A stretch of DNA of 54,911 bases, counting the filler, from Catajapyx aquilonaris (taxonomy: Eukaryota): NCBI GenBank assembly GCA_000934665.2. It is 3 parts of 3 records of this genome, joined end to end, with 100 filler letters (N's around TTAATTAATTAA, not from the genome) between each part and the next. Parts side by side here need not be neighbours in the genome. Positions count along the whole stretch, not along the records: positions 1 to 18,296 come from KZ539585.1; positions 18,397 to 36,619 come from JYFJ02006747.1; 1 more part is not named here. One strand, given 5' to 3'. Position 1 is the stretch's first letter. Every line of letters begins with the position of its first letter. This document shows positions 13,906 to 25,775 of this stretch, one piece after another. The notes under the pieces are model-generated. The model worked only from the letters and a program-made list of their open reading frames with translations. It did no database searches and was not told where the DNA came from. Position numbers and translations under genes: made by a program.

Positions 13906-14250
13906 TAATAATAATAATAATAATAATAATAATTGTTGGCTTAGTGCTCACCCAGAGGGTATTTTGCACGGACCTTTATTTCAATCGAAGTATACATGGT
14001 GCCATATTCGAAGCGCCCGGGCCCACGGGCAGGATGACAGGAGGGGATGTGCAAGTGCAGTGCAGTAACGGTGCTTGGTCGTTTTGTGAACTCCCCCGGG
14101 TGGTTTAGTCTGTGGATATACCACCCGAGACGAAGCCAGAGACGACCCCAGAACTCTGCACGAGACGAAGGGGGTGTCCCCGGGCTGGGATCGAACCCGG
14201 GACCTTAACATCCGTGGGCGCGCACGTTACCGCGGCGCCACTCCGTCTCC
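13863..14250 (-). mobile_element. Intact tRNA-derived SINE (second family) with long (TTA)n tail
   Basis: The minus strand has an A-box (TGGCGCCGCGG), a B-box (GGTTCGATCCC) and a trinucleotide tail of about 70 nt (13863-13933). A perfect 18-bp TSD CTAATATAAACGACAATA lies at 13845-13862 and 14251-14268. Confidence 0.92.
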
Positions 14251-15444
14251 CTAATATAAACGACAATATTATAGCTAATAGCTATTAATAGCAGCCTTGT
14301 TTAACTAAGGAGGGGGAGTGGTACAGTGCTGTGTCGTACTGGTGGCGCCACGAGCATCTGGCGGCACAATAGCGACTCGAAGTGATGAATTAGCATCCAA
14401 CACATTGCTTCGAATCCCTCTTTTGCCGCCAACAGTTCCTGGCGCCACCAGTGCGACATCATTAATGTCCAGCACGCCGACCCTGAGAGTAGAAGTATTT
14501 AGCCATCTACGCGACGGTTATGGTACTACCTGAACATTTTTTTGGCTCACCCTGCACCCTGTGATCTCACCCCATCTTCCTCCATGGAGAGAGATGGAGA
14601 CACGACCCCAGCAACGCCATCAATGTTTCAGTAGCCAGGGTATATAGGAGGCTGTGTGATGCTTATTCTGCACACATCCCAATTGCAAATGGTATTGAGT
14701 CATCATGGGGTCGTTTCTAGTCAGCTCAGGAGGAGCGGCCCAGTGAGGAGTGGCTCTCTCCGTTACTAAATTCCCGCTCGATTGGATACTGCCAGAGGAT
14801 ACATCTAGCTCCCCCCCTCTCCCTGTAAGAATCCGGATCCAAACCCGGTTCCAGAAAAAAAAAATTGCATAAATATTAATGGCGGCAGAAAATAAGAGGA
14901 ACAGTTCGTAAATCAAGCGCTGGCTATTTCTTTGCCTAAATATTGCATGTGACTTCCGCTTCCACACAAAAAAAAACAACATGGAAATGCATACACGATG
15001 TAGCCCCCCCCCCCTTCCCCCACCCTAGAATTTTCACTGCCCCCTCGAGTTTCTAGGGAAGGGGGGTGGGGGGTCTAAATGAAGAAGGATATCGGAAATG
15101 AAAGTATGAATAAATGTGCAGGAGGGATAAATAAAAGAATGGAGCGTCAGAGAAGCCTTTCTAGGGAGATATTAAATTTTTGCGCATTCACTAGATTCCC
15201 TCAAGTTTAGGTTTTTTTTGCGGGGGGGGGGGGAGGCGACGTTTTGCATTATGAGTAGCTATCCAATCATTTCACACCCAGGATTGTAGTTGGCGCATTA
15301 AAGGTCACCGGGTCACTGGTCGGTTGCGTAGGTTCGAACTAAAAATTGGGAAATTCATAGAAGAAAATGAGCTCATTTCGGACACAATGTTCACGGAGCC
15401 ACGTTTTCACAAACTTGCTTCAGAACTATTATTAACTTATACGG

Positions 15445-16275
15445 TATTATTTAATTTAACAACTTAATAGTTGTAGCTATTATAGCTATTATAAAAGGTG
15501 TAGCTAGTAGTTGTCATAATAACAGTTGCATCTAATAGTTGTCAGAATAAATTATATCAATAGCTATTGTCAGAATATCAATAGCTATTGTCAGAATATC
15601 AATAGCTATTGTCAGAATATCAATAGCTAATGATTATGAATTTATAGCGAATAATAGCAGTAATATTTTAGATTTAGATGATAATAGCAGTAATATTTTA
15701 GATGATAGTAGTACCGGTAGTAATATTTTGGCTAATAATAATAGCAATATTTGAGGCTATACAATGGCAATAATATTTTGGCTAATAATAGCAATATTTG
15801 AGGCTATACAATAGCAATCATATTTAGCTATTAGTAGCAATAACTGTAGCAATAATGGCGAGAGTTTTTAGCTCATAATAGCAGTAATATTTTTATAATA
15901 GCCGCAGTAATATTTTTATAATGACACCAATAATATTTTTATAATACTAGCAATATTTTAGATAATAATAGCAATAACATTTCGCCAATAATGGCAATGT
16001 TTTAGCTAATTTTGGGCAGTAATTACTATCCAATTGCAGATTTGCGGTAATATTATTTTAGCTAATATTGTAGTAATAATATTTGTAGCATTTTCACTAA
16101 TATTTTAGCTGCTAGTACTAACATTTTAGCGGAGAGTTAGTATAACAAATGTAGGAAATAGTTACAATAGTTTTAGCTAATAGCAATAATAACATTTAGT
16201 AGCACTAATATTTTATCTAATAACAGCAGTAATATTTCATCTGCTAATAGCAGTAATTTTTAGCTTATTTATTTA
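15445..16275. repeat. AT-rich minisatellite block (21-bp and degenerate about 22-24-bp units)
   Basis: ATATCAATAGCTATTGTCAGA occurs about 3.5 times at 15554-15628, followed by AATAGCAGTAATATTTTAG variants. Confidence 0.8.
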
Positions 16276-17494
16276 CTTACTCCCGTGATGCCGTTTCCGG
16301 CTTGGGGGGGGGAGNNNNNNNNNNNGGGGGGATGCTCCAGGCTACCACATGGATCAATCCATCATGATGCATTACGTCTAATTACATTGTCAACAATTTA
16401 AAAATATGGTTGAAGATCGAGATGGATCTATATAGCTAGTTTGAAGGAACGAGCGCATCCCCATTTTTGTATATCGGAACCACTTTAACTGAAGGCCAGT
16501 TTGTTATAAAGTTTGCTACGTTTATTATAAATCAAACCATTTTTCATTAAGTATTGAAAGGAGTGCGTCTCCCAGATCTGAGTCCAACTGGTCTAAAATC
16601 AAATTGACTATGCATCTGATCTTTGTAGGAATTTTTCGCCACATTTCCACACGAATTATGTGCTTTCCTGACTGCTATTTACATCATCATTGACTGGCTG
16701 TAACCCAGCCAGATTTGGAGGTGTTCTGGTCCAGCGTTTTGGACCCTACGCACCCAGTCCACGTCTCGAAATCGCCGCTGAATGGACCCTATCAGAGTCC
16801 CCCGGAATAAGGAAAAAAAAAAACCTCGGGTCTTTAATAACTTCATCCTCCCCCCCNCCAAATCCTTCCTCCCCTTCTCTTGGCCATTCAAAAGACTATA
16901 AGTCCGGTCCATTTGTGTTCCCCCATCACGTCTCCTACGCACTGGTCCGGAATAAATGATCCGACAAAAAGTGCGTCAAAGTCTCTCGCGCCATTTCGTC
17001 TTCAGTCTGTGTATATCTATTTTTCCCTTCCATATTTTTTTATTTTTGAAAAAAGGGAGGAGGAAGTAATAGAGGAAGAGAAACGGTGTGTCTGGAATGG
17101 TATAAATTTTGTGTTCTTGTGACATGTATATGTGCGTCGGTGTGGCTGGGGATTGCACCGGAGGGAACGGGACCGGGTATGGGCCGTCGGATTGCGTTTT
17201 ATGCCCGAATTCTAGATGGTCGTGGGGAGGGCCAGGGAGGGATGGGGGGAAGTGGGGGAAGCAGGCTTTCGAATTTGTGGGATGAGGTGGCTTCATCAAG
17301 TGGGGCGCGACAAGGCTTGGAGATACAGCTCAGGGGGGAAATAAATATGTGGCGATCGTATGCTCCCAGGTCCTGCATTGTCCGTAGGAAATAACTTCAT
17401 CCCGCTCAGTTTTGCCTATATTTCATTCATTGTTATTTTCACATTTTATTTATTTATTTGCGAATTTGTGAATTTTCACATTTTTATTTAGTGA

Positions 17495-17765
17495 TTATAC
17501 ATTCATTATACTCTATATTCATTATACATTCATTATACATTCATTATACTCTTTATTCATTATACATTCATTATACTCTTTATTCATTATACATTCATTA
17601 TACATTCATTATACATTCATTATACATTCATTATACATTCATTATACTCTTTATTCATTATATGTATAATTATTATTCATTCATTATTCATTCATTATAC
17701 ATTCATTATACATTCATTATACTCTTTATTCATTGTATGTATAATTATTATTCATTCATTTATAT
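17495..17765. repeat. TTCATTATACA-type micro/minisatellite
   Basis: Many tandem CATTATACATT units. These explain the spurious IHYT-repeat ORF. Confidence 0.9.
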
Positions 17766-18296
17766 TTATTTCATGATATTGTATTTCAATTATTTAAAAT
17801 ATTAGTTGTGCATTTATTTCAAATATTAATTGTGTGTTTACTTTCTGTATTATTATTTTACATAAATTCATTGCTTTATTATATTTCTTCATTCAATCTA
17901 ATTAATCAATAGTGAATTTAATTATTTATATTTATTTTCAAGAATTTGCATGAATAAATTGCGAATCTAATACATATTTCTAGACGTATGTCTGTCTCTC
18001 CTGTTATTCGCTATGCAAATCCGTACGGAGGCCCCGACATATGCCCCAGGGGTTTCACTAGGGGTAGTTTTTTACTGGGAATGTCATAAGCACATTGGAA
18101 TTGATCTCCGAGGTCATCCTTGGCCACAGGAGGCGTAAAGGACTTTGGATGTTGGCCCCCTGTGTTCTAATAATGCTGCTGAGTTGCCCTGGAAACCATA
18201 TTCCTTCCCTCCTCTCTCTCTCTCCCTCTCTCTCTCTCTCTCCCTCCCCTTCCCTCCTCCTCCCCCCACCTGCCACCTCCTCCTCCAGCCCCTCAG

Positions 18297-18396
18297 NNNN
18301 NNNNNNNNNNNNNNNNNNNNNNNNNNNNNNNNNNNNNNNNTTAATTAATTAANNNNNNNNNNNNNNNNNNNNNNNNNNNNNNNNNNNNNNNNNNNN
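18297..18396. other. Artificial contig linker (44 N + TTAATTAATTAA + 44 N)
   Basis: Exactly 100 nt. The central palindrome TTAATTAATTAA (18341-18352) has stops in all six frames. The same structure recurs at 36620-36719. Confidence 0.97.
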
Positions 18397-18461
18397 CCAC
18401 CTACGATTTTTCCCCACCCCCTCGCACTCGCTTGACCCATGACTCTGATACACCCTGTATG

Positions 18462-18886
18462 CAGGGTGTATCTGAACTCAGTGCACAGACGTATATGACT
18501 GCCTTCCTAGCCACCAGAGGATCAACTTATGTAGAGGAGTCATTATGTCTGGGCAGCCTCATTACTGAGATACACTCTTTAGCGATTTTTGCCTAATCGC
18601 TCCTTCTGACTTTTAAATATAATTTTCTGGTGTAACTAGCCAAAGAGGCCTTACCACCTGTGGGAAACAAACCAACAAAGTCCCGCCCCCAGACCTTCCA
18701 GAGCCTTCTGACTGGGGGAGGGTTCGATGGGTGGCCTAACCGACAGGATATTTTGTACTACATGTTTGCGGCCAATTATCTCCGTAATGAGGCTGCCCAG
18801 ACATATGACTCCTATACTTAAATCGATCCTCTCGTGGCTAGGAAGGCAGTCATATATGTCGGGGCACTGAGTTCAGATACACCCTG
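18462..18886. mobile_element. Tc1/mariner-type MITE
   Basis: Long TIRs CAGGGTGTATCTGAACTCAGTG... / ...CACTGAGTTCAGATACACCCTG followed by TA. The arms pair over more than 100 bp. Confidence 0.85.
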
Positions 18887-20000
18887 TATACACTGTTATT
18901 ATGGTTGCATAATATTACCACAACACTGTACTATGAGAAACTCCTAAGGATCCAATCTTACGTGACACCCTGTACTCAAGGCATTTGCTTACATGAAAGA
19001 TGATGCGGCAGCCGCGTGTCCTGGGCATGTTCTCGGCTTGGCTTCTGCCCAGTGCATTGTGGGGGATGTAATGGTAGTTTAGTCACCATCCAAGAGATGC
19101 CAGTATATTGAACCAAATTTGGAACCGCAATGTTCGAATTCTCTGTGCATATTTTAGCGCGCCACATTCAAACATCCGCAGACCATCATATGATGGTCGT
19201 TGCCCTCAACAGTTAAAAAATGCACAGTCATAATAAAAACAATGTCCAAACTTAGACAAATCAGAGTACAGATTAGAGACAAATATGCCGGTTCTACAGT
19301 ACACTTAATGAGTGAGTACACCCTCTTGGATAGACTTGAACTCTGAAATTTATGATAGCTTTTCTGTGCAATAATTTTTCTAGCCACTCTGGATTGAAAT
19401 GTACATTGTGAAGCATAGACATCCTTCTTTCATTAGCACTAGATTTAAATAACGTAGCGAGGTAACAAAATGAATTCCCCTTGTCAGTCTGTTCAAATAT
19501 GGCTGAAGTCATGGCCTGCTGCTTTGTGTGGCACCATTATTTTACACCCTGCCATAAAAAGTTCACCCATTTTGATCATTAACAAAGATAGTCCAAACAA
19601 AATAAAATAATGCATCACCACAAGCTGATGAGTAATGTCTTAAATAACTTACATAGAAATCTGTTCTTCTTGTAATATTAGTTATCAAACAATGGCTTCT
19701 ACACATTTCTCCAGCATGAATTATTTCATGAATGGTAAGGGGTCGTCCATATACCACGTGACCGATTTTCGGGCACTTTTTGACTCCCCCCTCCGCCCCA
19801 GTGACCGACCGTGGTATTCATTGGAACCCCCCCCCCCCCCCCCCCCTTTCACGTGGTTTTTTAAAAATGTCAATGTTATCAGAAAAAACGCGATCGAAAT
19901 TGATAGCGCCTCACCTGAACTGTTTAAGCACGTAAAAAACATGTCTCCCCATGTTTTCGGGGTCGCTGATTTCGAATTTTAGATTATTTTGAACCCATGT

Positions 20001-22012
20001 GGGTCATTCCACGCCAGATCACCTGATTTTAATGTTTGACCGTGCTCTCACATCTCAGATTTTTTGCAAAATTTTAACGTGAGCAGCTACGTATGAGGTG
20101 ACATCAAATTATTTTTTCCAAATTTTTTGGTCCAAAATTGAGTTCAGGAGAAAATGTTGAAAATGTCAATTTTGTCGCGATTCAAGTGGTCGGAGTTTCT
20201 GCGTCACTGTAGAAAAATCCTCGTAATTTACATATTTTTTTGCCGATTGGGCTGATTTTGGTGTCAAATGAAACCTTTTTCTTCTCTCTTTACAAATAAG
20301 GTATAAAAGTGGTGCCAAGTGCTGCAGATAATTACCACTGCCCATTTCACCAAAAGGGTTCTGTTGTCCAATGGTTTGAAGAAGTGGTTCTCTATGGTGC
20401 CTACTATTGATAACGCATTATCAAGCTGTCTCTTCCGGAAGTCATCGTTTGCATCCTACAAGCATGACTGTAAACTAATGTCAAAATCCATATGCTTTAT
20501 CAGCGACTGCCTTAAACATGACACAACAACTTATATCACATTCCAGAAATCACTTTTACAATACTTGAAACAAGAACATTCACATTTGAAAAGTGTAGTG
20601 GATTTTAGTGATGAAAGTGCGGCCGAGTACAAAAACTATAAGAACTTTGTTAACTTGTGTCACCATGAAGACAACCATGGCATGAAGGCTGAGTGGCATT
20701 TCTTTGCCACCAGTCATGGCAAAAATGCCTGTGATGGAGTAGGGGGAACAATTAAGCGCCCTGCTACGAGGGCAAGCCTTCAGAGAACCACGGAGGGACA
20801 AATTTTGAGTGCGAAAGATCTGTTTGAATTTGCTTCTAAAAACATTAAAGGAATTCAGGTGTTTTTCACACCACCAGCGGAAGTGGATGCAAACGAAGAC
20901 TTCCTGAAGAGACAGCTTGATAATGCCTTATCAATAGTAGGCACCAGAGAGAACCACTTCTTCAACCCATTGGACCACAGAACCCTTTTGGTGAAATGGA
21001 TTTCAGTTTCCGACAAATCTTTCAAGGCTATTGTTTGTGGTGAAACAAAAGAGTTGGTCAATATTATTCCAGAAAGGTTTTATGCAGTTATCTATGCAGT
21101 AAGTGGTGGATTGGGAAGATACTGGACAACTGCGAAGAGGAAAGGGATGCTAAAGTTCAGTTCATGCATCCGCCGAGTCCTTCACCAACAGACTTTTGGC
21201 CAACTAAAAATGACTGTTGTTGGGTACCCTACAACAATTTACTCAGAGAAGTTCCAGTTCCTTCATCATCATCTGTATCAGGATGGACATATGTCTTAGA
21301 TGAAAAGGTTCACAAACACGTGCAGGAATAGGCAACAAGTTGGATTGTTACCCTTCACTGCAAAGGTAAGTTAACGGTGAAATATGCTTCAAATATAGCA
21401 TCAGATGGTATTGTAACATTAGAGGGTACAATTATTTTAACTATTCTGACAATGTGTGAGCTATTTCAGGTTCAAAGAGACCTTTAACTTAGGTATGAAA
21501 AGGTTGATTTTGAAGTATAACTTTTGCAAACAAATTAATTTTTTATTTGATAACCACAAAAAACACCCTCCTCATTTTTTAACTATAACAAGATGGTTAT
21601 CTCAGTCTACAAAAAAAAATCCACACGTGTTAGTTATGGTTTGCGATCTGTGGCTTGTCGAAGCGACCGACGTATAACGTTACTAAAACTCACTTTGCAT
21701 ACGCAGTGGTAATTATCTGCAGCACTTGGCACCACTTTTATACCTTATTTGTAAAGAGAGAAGAAAAAGGTTTCATTTGACACCAAAATCAGCCCAATCG
21801 GTGAAAAAATAAGTAAATTACGAGGATTTTTCTAAATTGACGCAGAAACTCAGACCACTTGTATCGCGACAAAATCGACATTTTCAAAATTTTCTCCTGA
21901 ACTCAATTTTGAATTTGATGTCACCTCATACGTAGCTGCTCATGTTAAAATTTTGAAACAAATCTGAGATGCGAGAGCACATGGCACCAGGTGATCTGGC
22001 GTGGAATGACCC
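20001..22012 (+). mobile_element. Sola2-like DNA transposon, internally deleted and rearranged
   Basis: TIRs of about 310-340 bp (20001-20341 and 21703-22012) begin GGGTCATTCCACGCCAGATCACC. A 4-bp TSD ATGT flanks both sides. GRG termini with a 4-bp TSD fit Sola2. Confidence 0.8.
20457..21330 (+). pseudogene. Truncated DDD transposase (Sola2-like)
   Basis: Motifs ISDCLKHD, FSDESAAEYKN and WHFFATSHGKNACDGVGGTIKR. The N-terminal half is missing and there is a probable frameshift near 21100. Confidence 0.75.
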
Positions 22013-22292
22013 ATGTGCATCTGCAAAAGCTCCCATATGTGCCAATTCACTATGTTCAGAGATACCACGTGAATTTTCGCCGACCCCCCCCCCCCNCCCC
22101 CAAAACGGTCACGTGGTATATCCTGCTGACGCCCCGCGTACAGCCCTCTAGCCATTGGGTTTTAAAATTATTGTAAGGATTCTATCCATGTGTTTTCCCC
22201 GCGCCCAATGTGCAGAGGTCTAGACATTTCGCAAAAAAAAATTCTGGGCTTCAGGAGGATATGGACGACCCCTAATCTGTTCTGAGTCTCAC

Positions 22293-22526
22293 CATTTTGG
22301 TTCCATTAGGGAAGATGTTGCTAGCTGGCAATCTGACACCTACACCACTGGATTGTGGACCAGCTTTTGCATTTCCAACTGGCTGCTGTGACCCACGGAA
22401 GAATGACATGACAAAGTAAAAGATCAGGGCCCTTATAATAAGGGCCTTCATCACAGCCATGAAGCTCTCCATCTTGGATGGCTGGTAGCGTTCCCTGTGC
22501 CGCCGAACCTGCTCCTCCAAGCTCAA
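22293..22526 (-). CDS. CLPTM1: Cleft lip and palate transmembrane protein 1 homolog, coding exon 2
   Basis: LSLEEQVRRH...ESFMAVMKALIIRALIFYFVMSFFR...ASNIFPNGTKM matches the CLPTM1 first TM segment and the NxFP motif after it. Acceptor tttattgcag, donor GTGAGA, 234 nt, phase 0/0. Downstream exons were not identified in the contig. Confidence 0.85.
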
Positions 22527-23605
22527 CTGCAATAAATCAGCACATCATGAGCATTAAATCACATATTACAATGCAAAAAAACAAACACCGTTTCCACGAA
22601 GTGGTTACCCCCTTGTAAATATCTGATCTTCTCAAAGCAAGAATACCAAAAATGCACACTTTTTACTACAAAAATGACTTGCATGTAGTCTAGTCTTAAG
22701 TCTGAGGTGTGTTGAAAAGGTAATCCTGCGGCAATCTAGTTGAGGCTTAGCAGGTTTCTGTGCAAGGCTTTTCCAATCACTCCCATGACTCAACCATGTT
22801 TCAGATTTCACTGGAGTTCTCTCACAATGCGATAGTAACGAACCTATACTTTTATACATAAAAATGGCGGGTCTTGCATTAGTGCCATTTTTTATAACCT
22901 CCTGAGACACGAGAAGAATTGAGTAATGCAATGTCAGTTCCTATTGCATTTTCTGAACATTTTCCCAATAAGAAACGAGAAAAAAATTGTAATTCTAAAA
23001 TATTGACATAAATAACGACAAACAACCAATGAGAACATTGGGACTCAATTGGTCACTCACATAGTGCTCTAACCTCCAAACAATGTTTTTTACATTCATT
23101 TGTGGAATTCATACTAGCAAATTGAAGACAATTAAAGATAAACTAGGAAAATCCTCGCTCCGCTTGCCTTTTCCTAGGGCGCAGGCCTAGAAAACCACTC
23201 GCTTCGCTCGCTGTTTTCTAGGCCTGCGGTGTAGGCCATGTTCTTAATGATGCTCACCCAACAATTATCCTCATCATACTCCCCTCCCCCCGACCTCCCC
23301 CCTCCTTATATTAAACCTTTGACGGCTAATACATCATAATATTACGATGTCCTGATGATTTGTGAATTTAGCCCTCGAGGATGTGCATAGAGAAGGCAAA
23401 CTTTTCAGTGTCAAACTCGGTTTAATATGCTCCTGCCATCTCTTGGATTGTGACTCAAGTACCATGGCAACTCCAGACCCCCCCTCCCCCCTGTTCCCGC
23501 CAAGCTGAGTCGTATATGCCAAGGTCACGTTGCTCCCACGTGATCGTTTATGTAAACATGTTCACTCAGTACAGGGTGCCTCGTAAAGTATGGACTCTCG
23601 GGAGT

Positions 23606-23845
23606 TTTTTTTTTAAAGTTACCCCGTGATAAGGCGGAGACTTTTTAGGGGGGGTGGAATACCACCATTTCACTCCATTTTTCTAGATTTTAACTTCAAT
23701 ATCCGGTGCAAGGAGTCAAGGATGTTGGGTAGGGGTAGGGATTTTTGGGGAGGGAACATTGGTGCAAGTGCAAGATCTGTAAAGGGGTCATGTGCTGTTC
23801 CCCAGGAGGTTAGGTTGCCAGACACCTCCTTGGTGCAGGTCAGAG
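23606..23845 (-). mobile_element. 5'-truncated copy of the SINE at 25265-25614
   Basis: Shares GGGTCATGTGCTGTTCCCCAGGAGGTTAGGTTGCCAGACACCTCCTTGGTGCAGGTCAGAG and has an A-rich tail on the minus strand. Confidence 0.75.
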
Positions 23846-25264
23846 TATGCACTATCTAGCAGTGGGACAAAAATTCGAGACATTTTTTCGGACGTAAATG
23901 ATTATATTATGGCGATGCACGTATTATCCGCACCCTGATAATCGGGAGTACAGTGTAAAAATTGGATTCTATTGTTGGTTGCCAGTTGTGCCAACTCAAT
24001 AACCTTCACTGACTCTATAAATAAACAACCTGCCAGTTGGCTGTCTGGAAATCCAACAATATAGTACGTTCCAGGCTAATAATTCGAACGCATGATATTT
24101 GCAACCCGCCTCCTTACGTTCGATTCTACGCATTCGACGGTAGTCAGTTTCCGACACTATATATACTGAAAGAAGTGCCTCGAAGACAGTGTATTGTACT
24201 TCCCATCTGTGAAAGCACCCCGCATGGGTAGGCCTACGCACGTAGTTCGTAAGCAGCCCGATCAGCAATGGTAAATTTCGAATTTCGAACTTACATTATT
24301 CTCCACCCATCTCCACCAGTGCCTACGGCCATTTTTCAATAACCATCAGTGACCCGCGGAGAAGGGGGGACAGGTATGGTAGGTGGGGAAGGGAAAAAGG
24401 TCCGGCGTGACGATGACGGCGGCGGGAGAGACGAAAAAAAAGCGACCTTCTCCCAAGGAGGTCAGCAGGCAACTGGACGGATTCCACCCCCACTGCGCAT
24501 GCTCGGAATGGGGGCCAATCGGAGGCGTCATGGTAACAATGCGCCATGGATACGACGCAGCAACAATGGACGGGGGCAAATAGGAAGAGGTGGCGGCAAC
24601 AATACGGGGGCGGACCAATCAGAGGGCTCGGCCATAGACCGCAAGCATTTTAATAATATAGATATGAAATCATTTGAAAGGCCACCACTCCAGGCATGGG
24701 CCTTGCTCTTTCCCTTCTTACCTCCTAGCATGGTGCCTCGCTATTCTAGATTTTAAAACTGAACTGTAGTGCAAAGGGCACTTCCTTATGAGTGTATAGG
24801 TACAGGCACTTAAAGAAAAGTCACAGCCCATTCAGCTAAATAAAACTTTTTTAGGATGTCCATTCAAATGGACATTTGGTCTCAGGAAGAAAAGAAAATT
24901 ACCATTTCTCTACAGCAACAAAGATTGTCACAGACACTTTTTTTTTCGCATTTCCTAATACAAATTCCTTGCGAATCCCAGGACATTCACTGCATTGCGA
25001 AAATCACACTCGAAATATGAGTAAAAAAATAAAACTTATCAGATGAGCGCCTAGCTTCAGCAGCGGCATCCGCCATTTTTTCCACGATTTAATTTTCGCG
25101 GCCCAAGTCAGATATTCGACACTAGGTGGCTACAGCTATTGAGGCCAGATTGTAATCATGGGATACCAACATATTACAGTTCTGTTGGCATCACTAGTTG
25201 GCGCCAAAAAAAACTTTTCCAGATGTCCAGTATACTGGACGCCGGGTCTCAGGAGGATATATAT

Positions 25265-25614
25265 ATTTTTATTTTTTTATTTTACCCGGTGATGTCCCTT
25301 ACGGGAGCTATAGGGGGGTGGCATACCACCATCAGTTTAATGTATATATTTTCACTTCATTCTCCGGTGCAAGGAAACAGGGACAATGGGAAAGGATCGG
25401 GATTTTTGGGGAGGGAACATGGGTGCAAGGTGCAATGTCATAGCTATGGGTCATGTGCTGTTCCCCAGGAGGTTAGGTTGCCAGACACCTCCTTGGTGCA
25501 GGTCAGAGACCCTCCTGACGCAGGTGAAAGGAAAGTTCCCCAGGCGGGGATCGAACCTGGGGCCTTTCACTCAGCAAGCCGAGACGTTACCATCTCGACC
25601 ACCACACCTCCCCC
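25265..25614 (-). mobile_element. tRNA-derived SINE (third family)
   Basis: The minus strand has an A-box (TGGTCGAGATGG), a B-box (GGTTCGATCCC) and an A-rich tail at about 25265-25283. No clear TSD. Confidence 0.8.
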
Positions 25615-25775
25615 ATTAGTGCCATATTGTGTAGGTTGCTAGCACACAATATTCACAATATTGACATACATTCTGATTTCTGAAAGCCCTCAAGACTTGT
25701 GGAGTTCCTTTTATGCCACAGGTGCTTAGTGCCAATCATGACTGAAAAGTTTGCAGAAGGCGCTGAAAAGGTTAA

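Larger units (their letters stand above)
13057..14554. mobile_element. Probable Tc1/mariner-type MITE interrupted by a minisatellite block and a SINE
   Basis: The left end TA|CAGGGTGAGTCAAAAGGTTC matches the reverse complement of the right end GAACATTTTTTTGGCTCACCCTG. There is an internal hairpin at about 14333-14458. Confidence 0.5.
19739..22272. mobile_element. PIF/Harbinger-type MITE hosting a nested Sola2-like element
   Basis: TIRs GGGGTCGTCCATAT / ATATGGACGACCCC, with a 3-bp TSD TAA at 19736-19738 and 22273-22275. Confidence 0.8.

Noticed and set aside
14160..14250. tRNA gene calls at the SINE heads (also about 2900-2966 and 25540-25614)
   Set aside because: A/B boxes are present, but they are followed by SINE bodies, tails and TSDs rather than a complete cloverleaf and terminator.
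20319..20456. N-terminus of the 326-aa ORF as a real transposase start
   Set aside because: It derives from TIR sequence plus an inverted duplicate of downstream transposase DNA.
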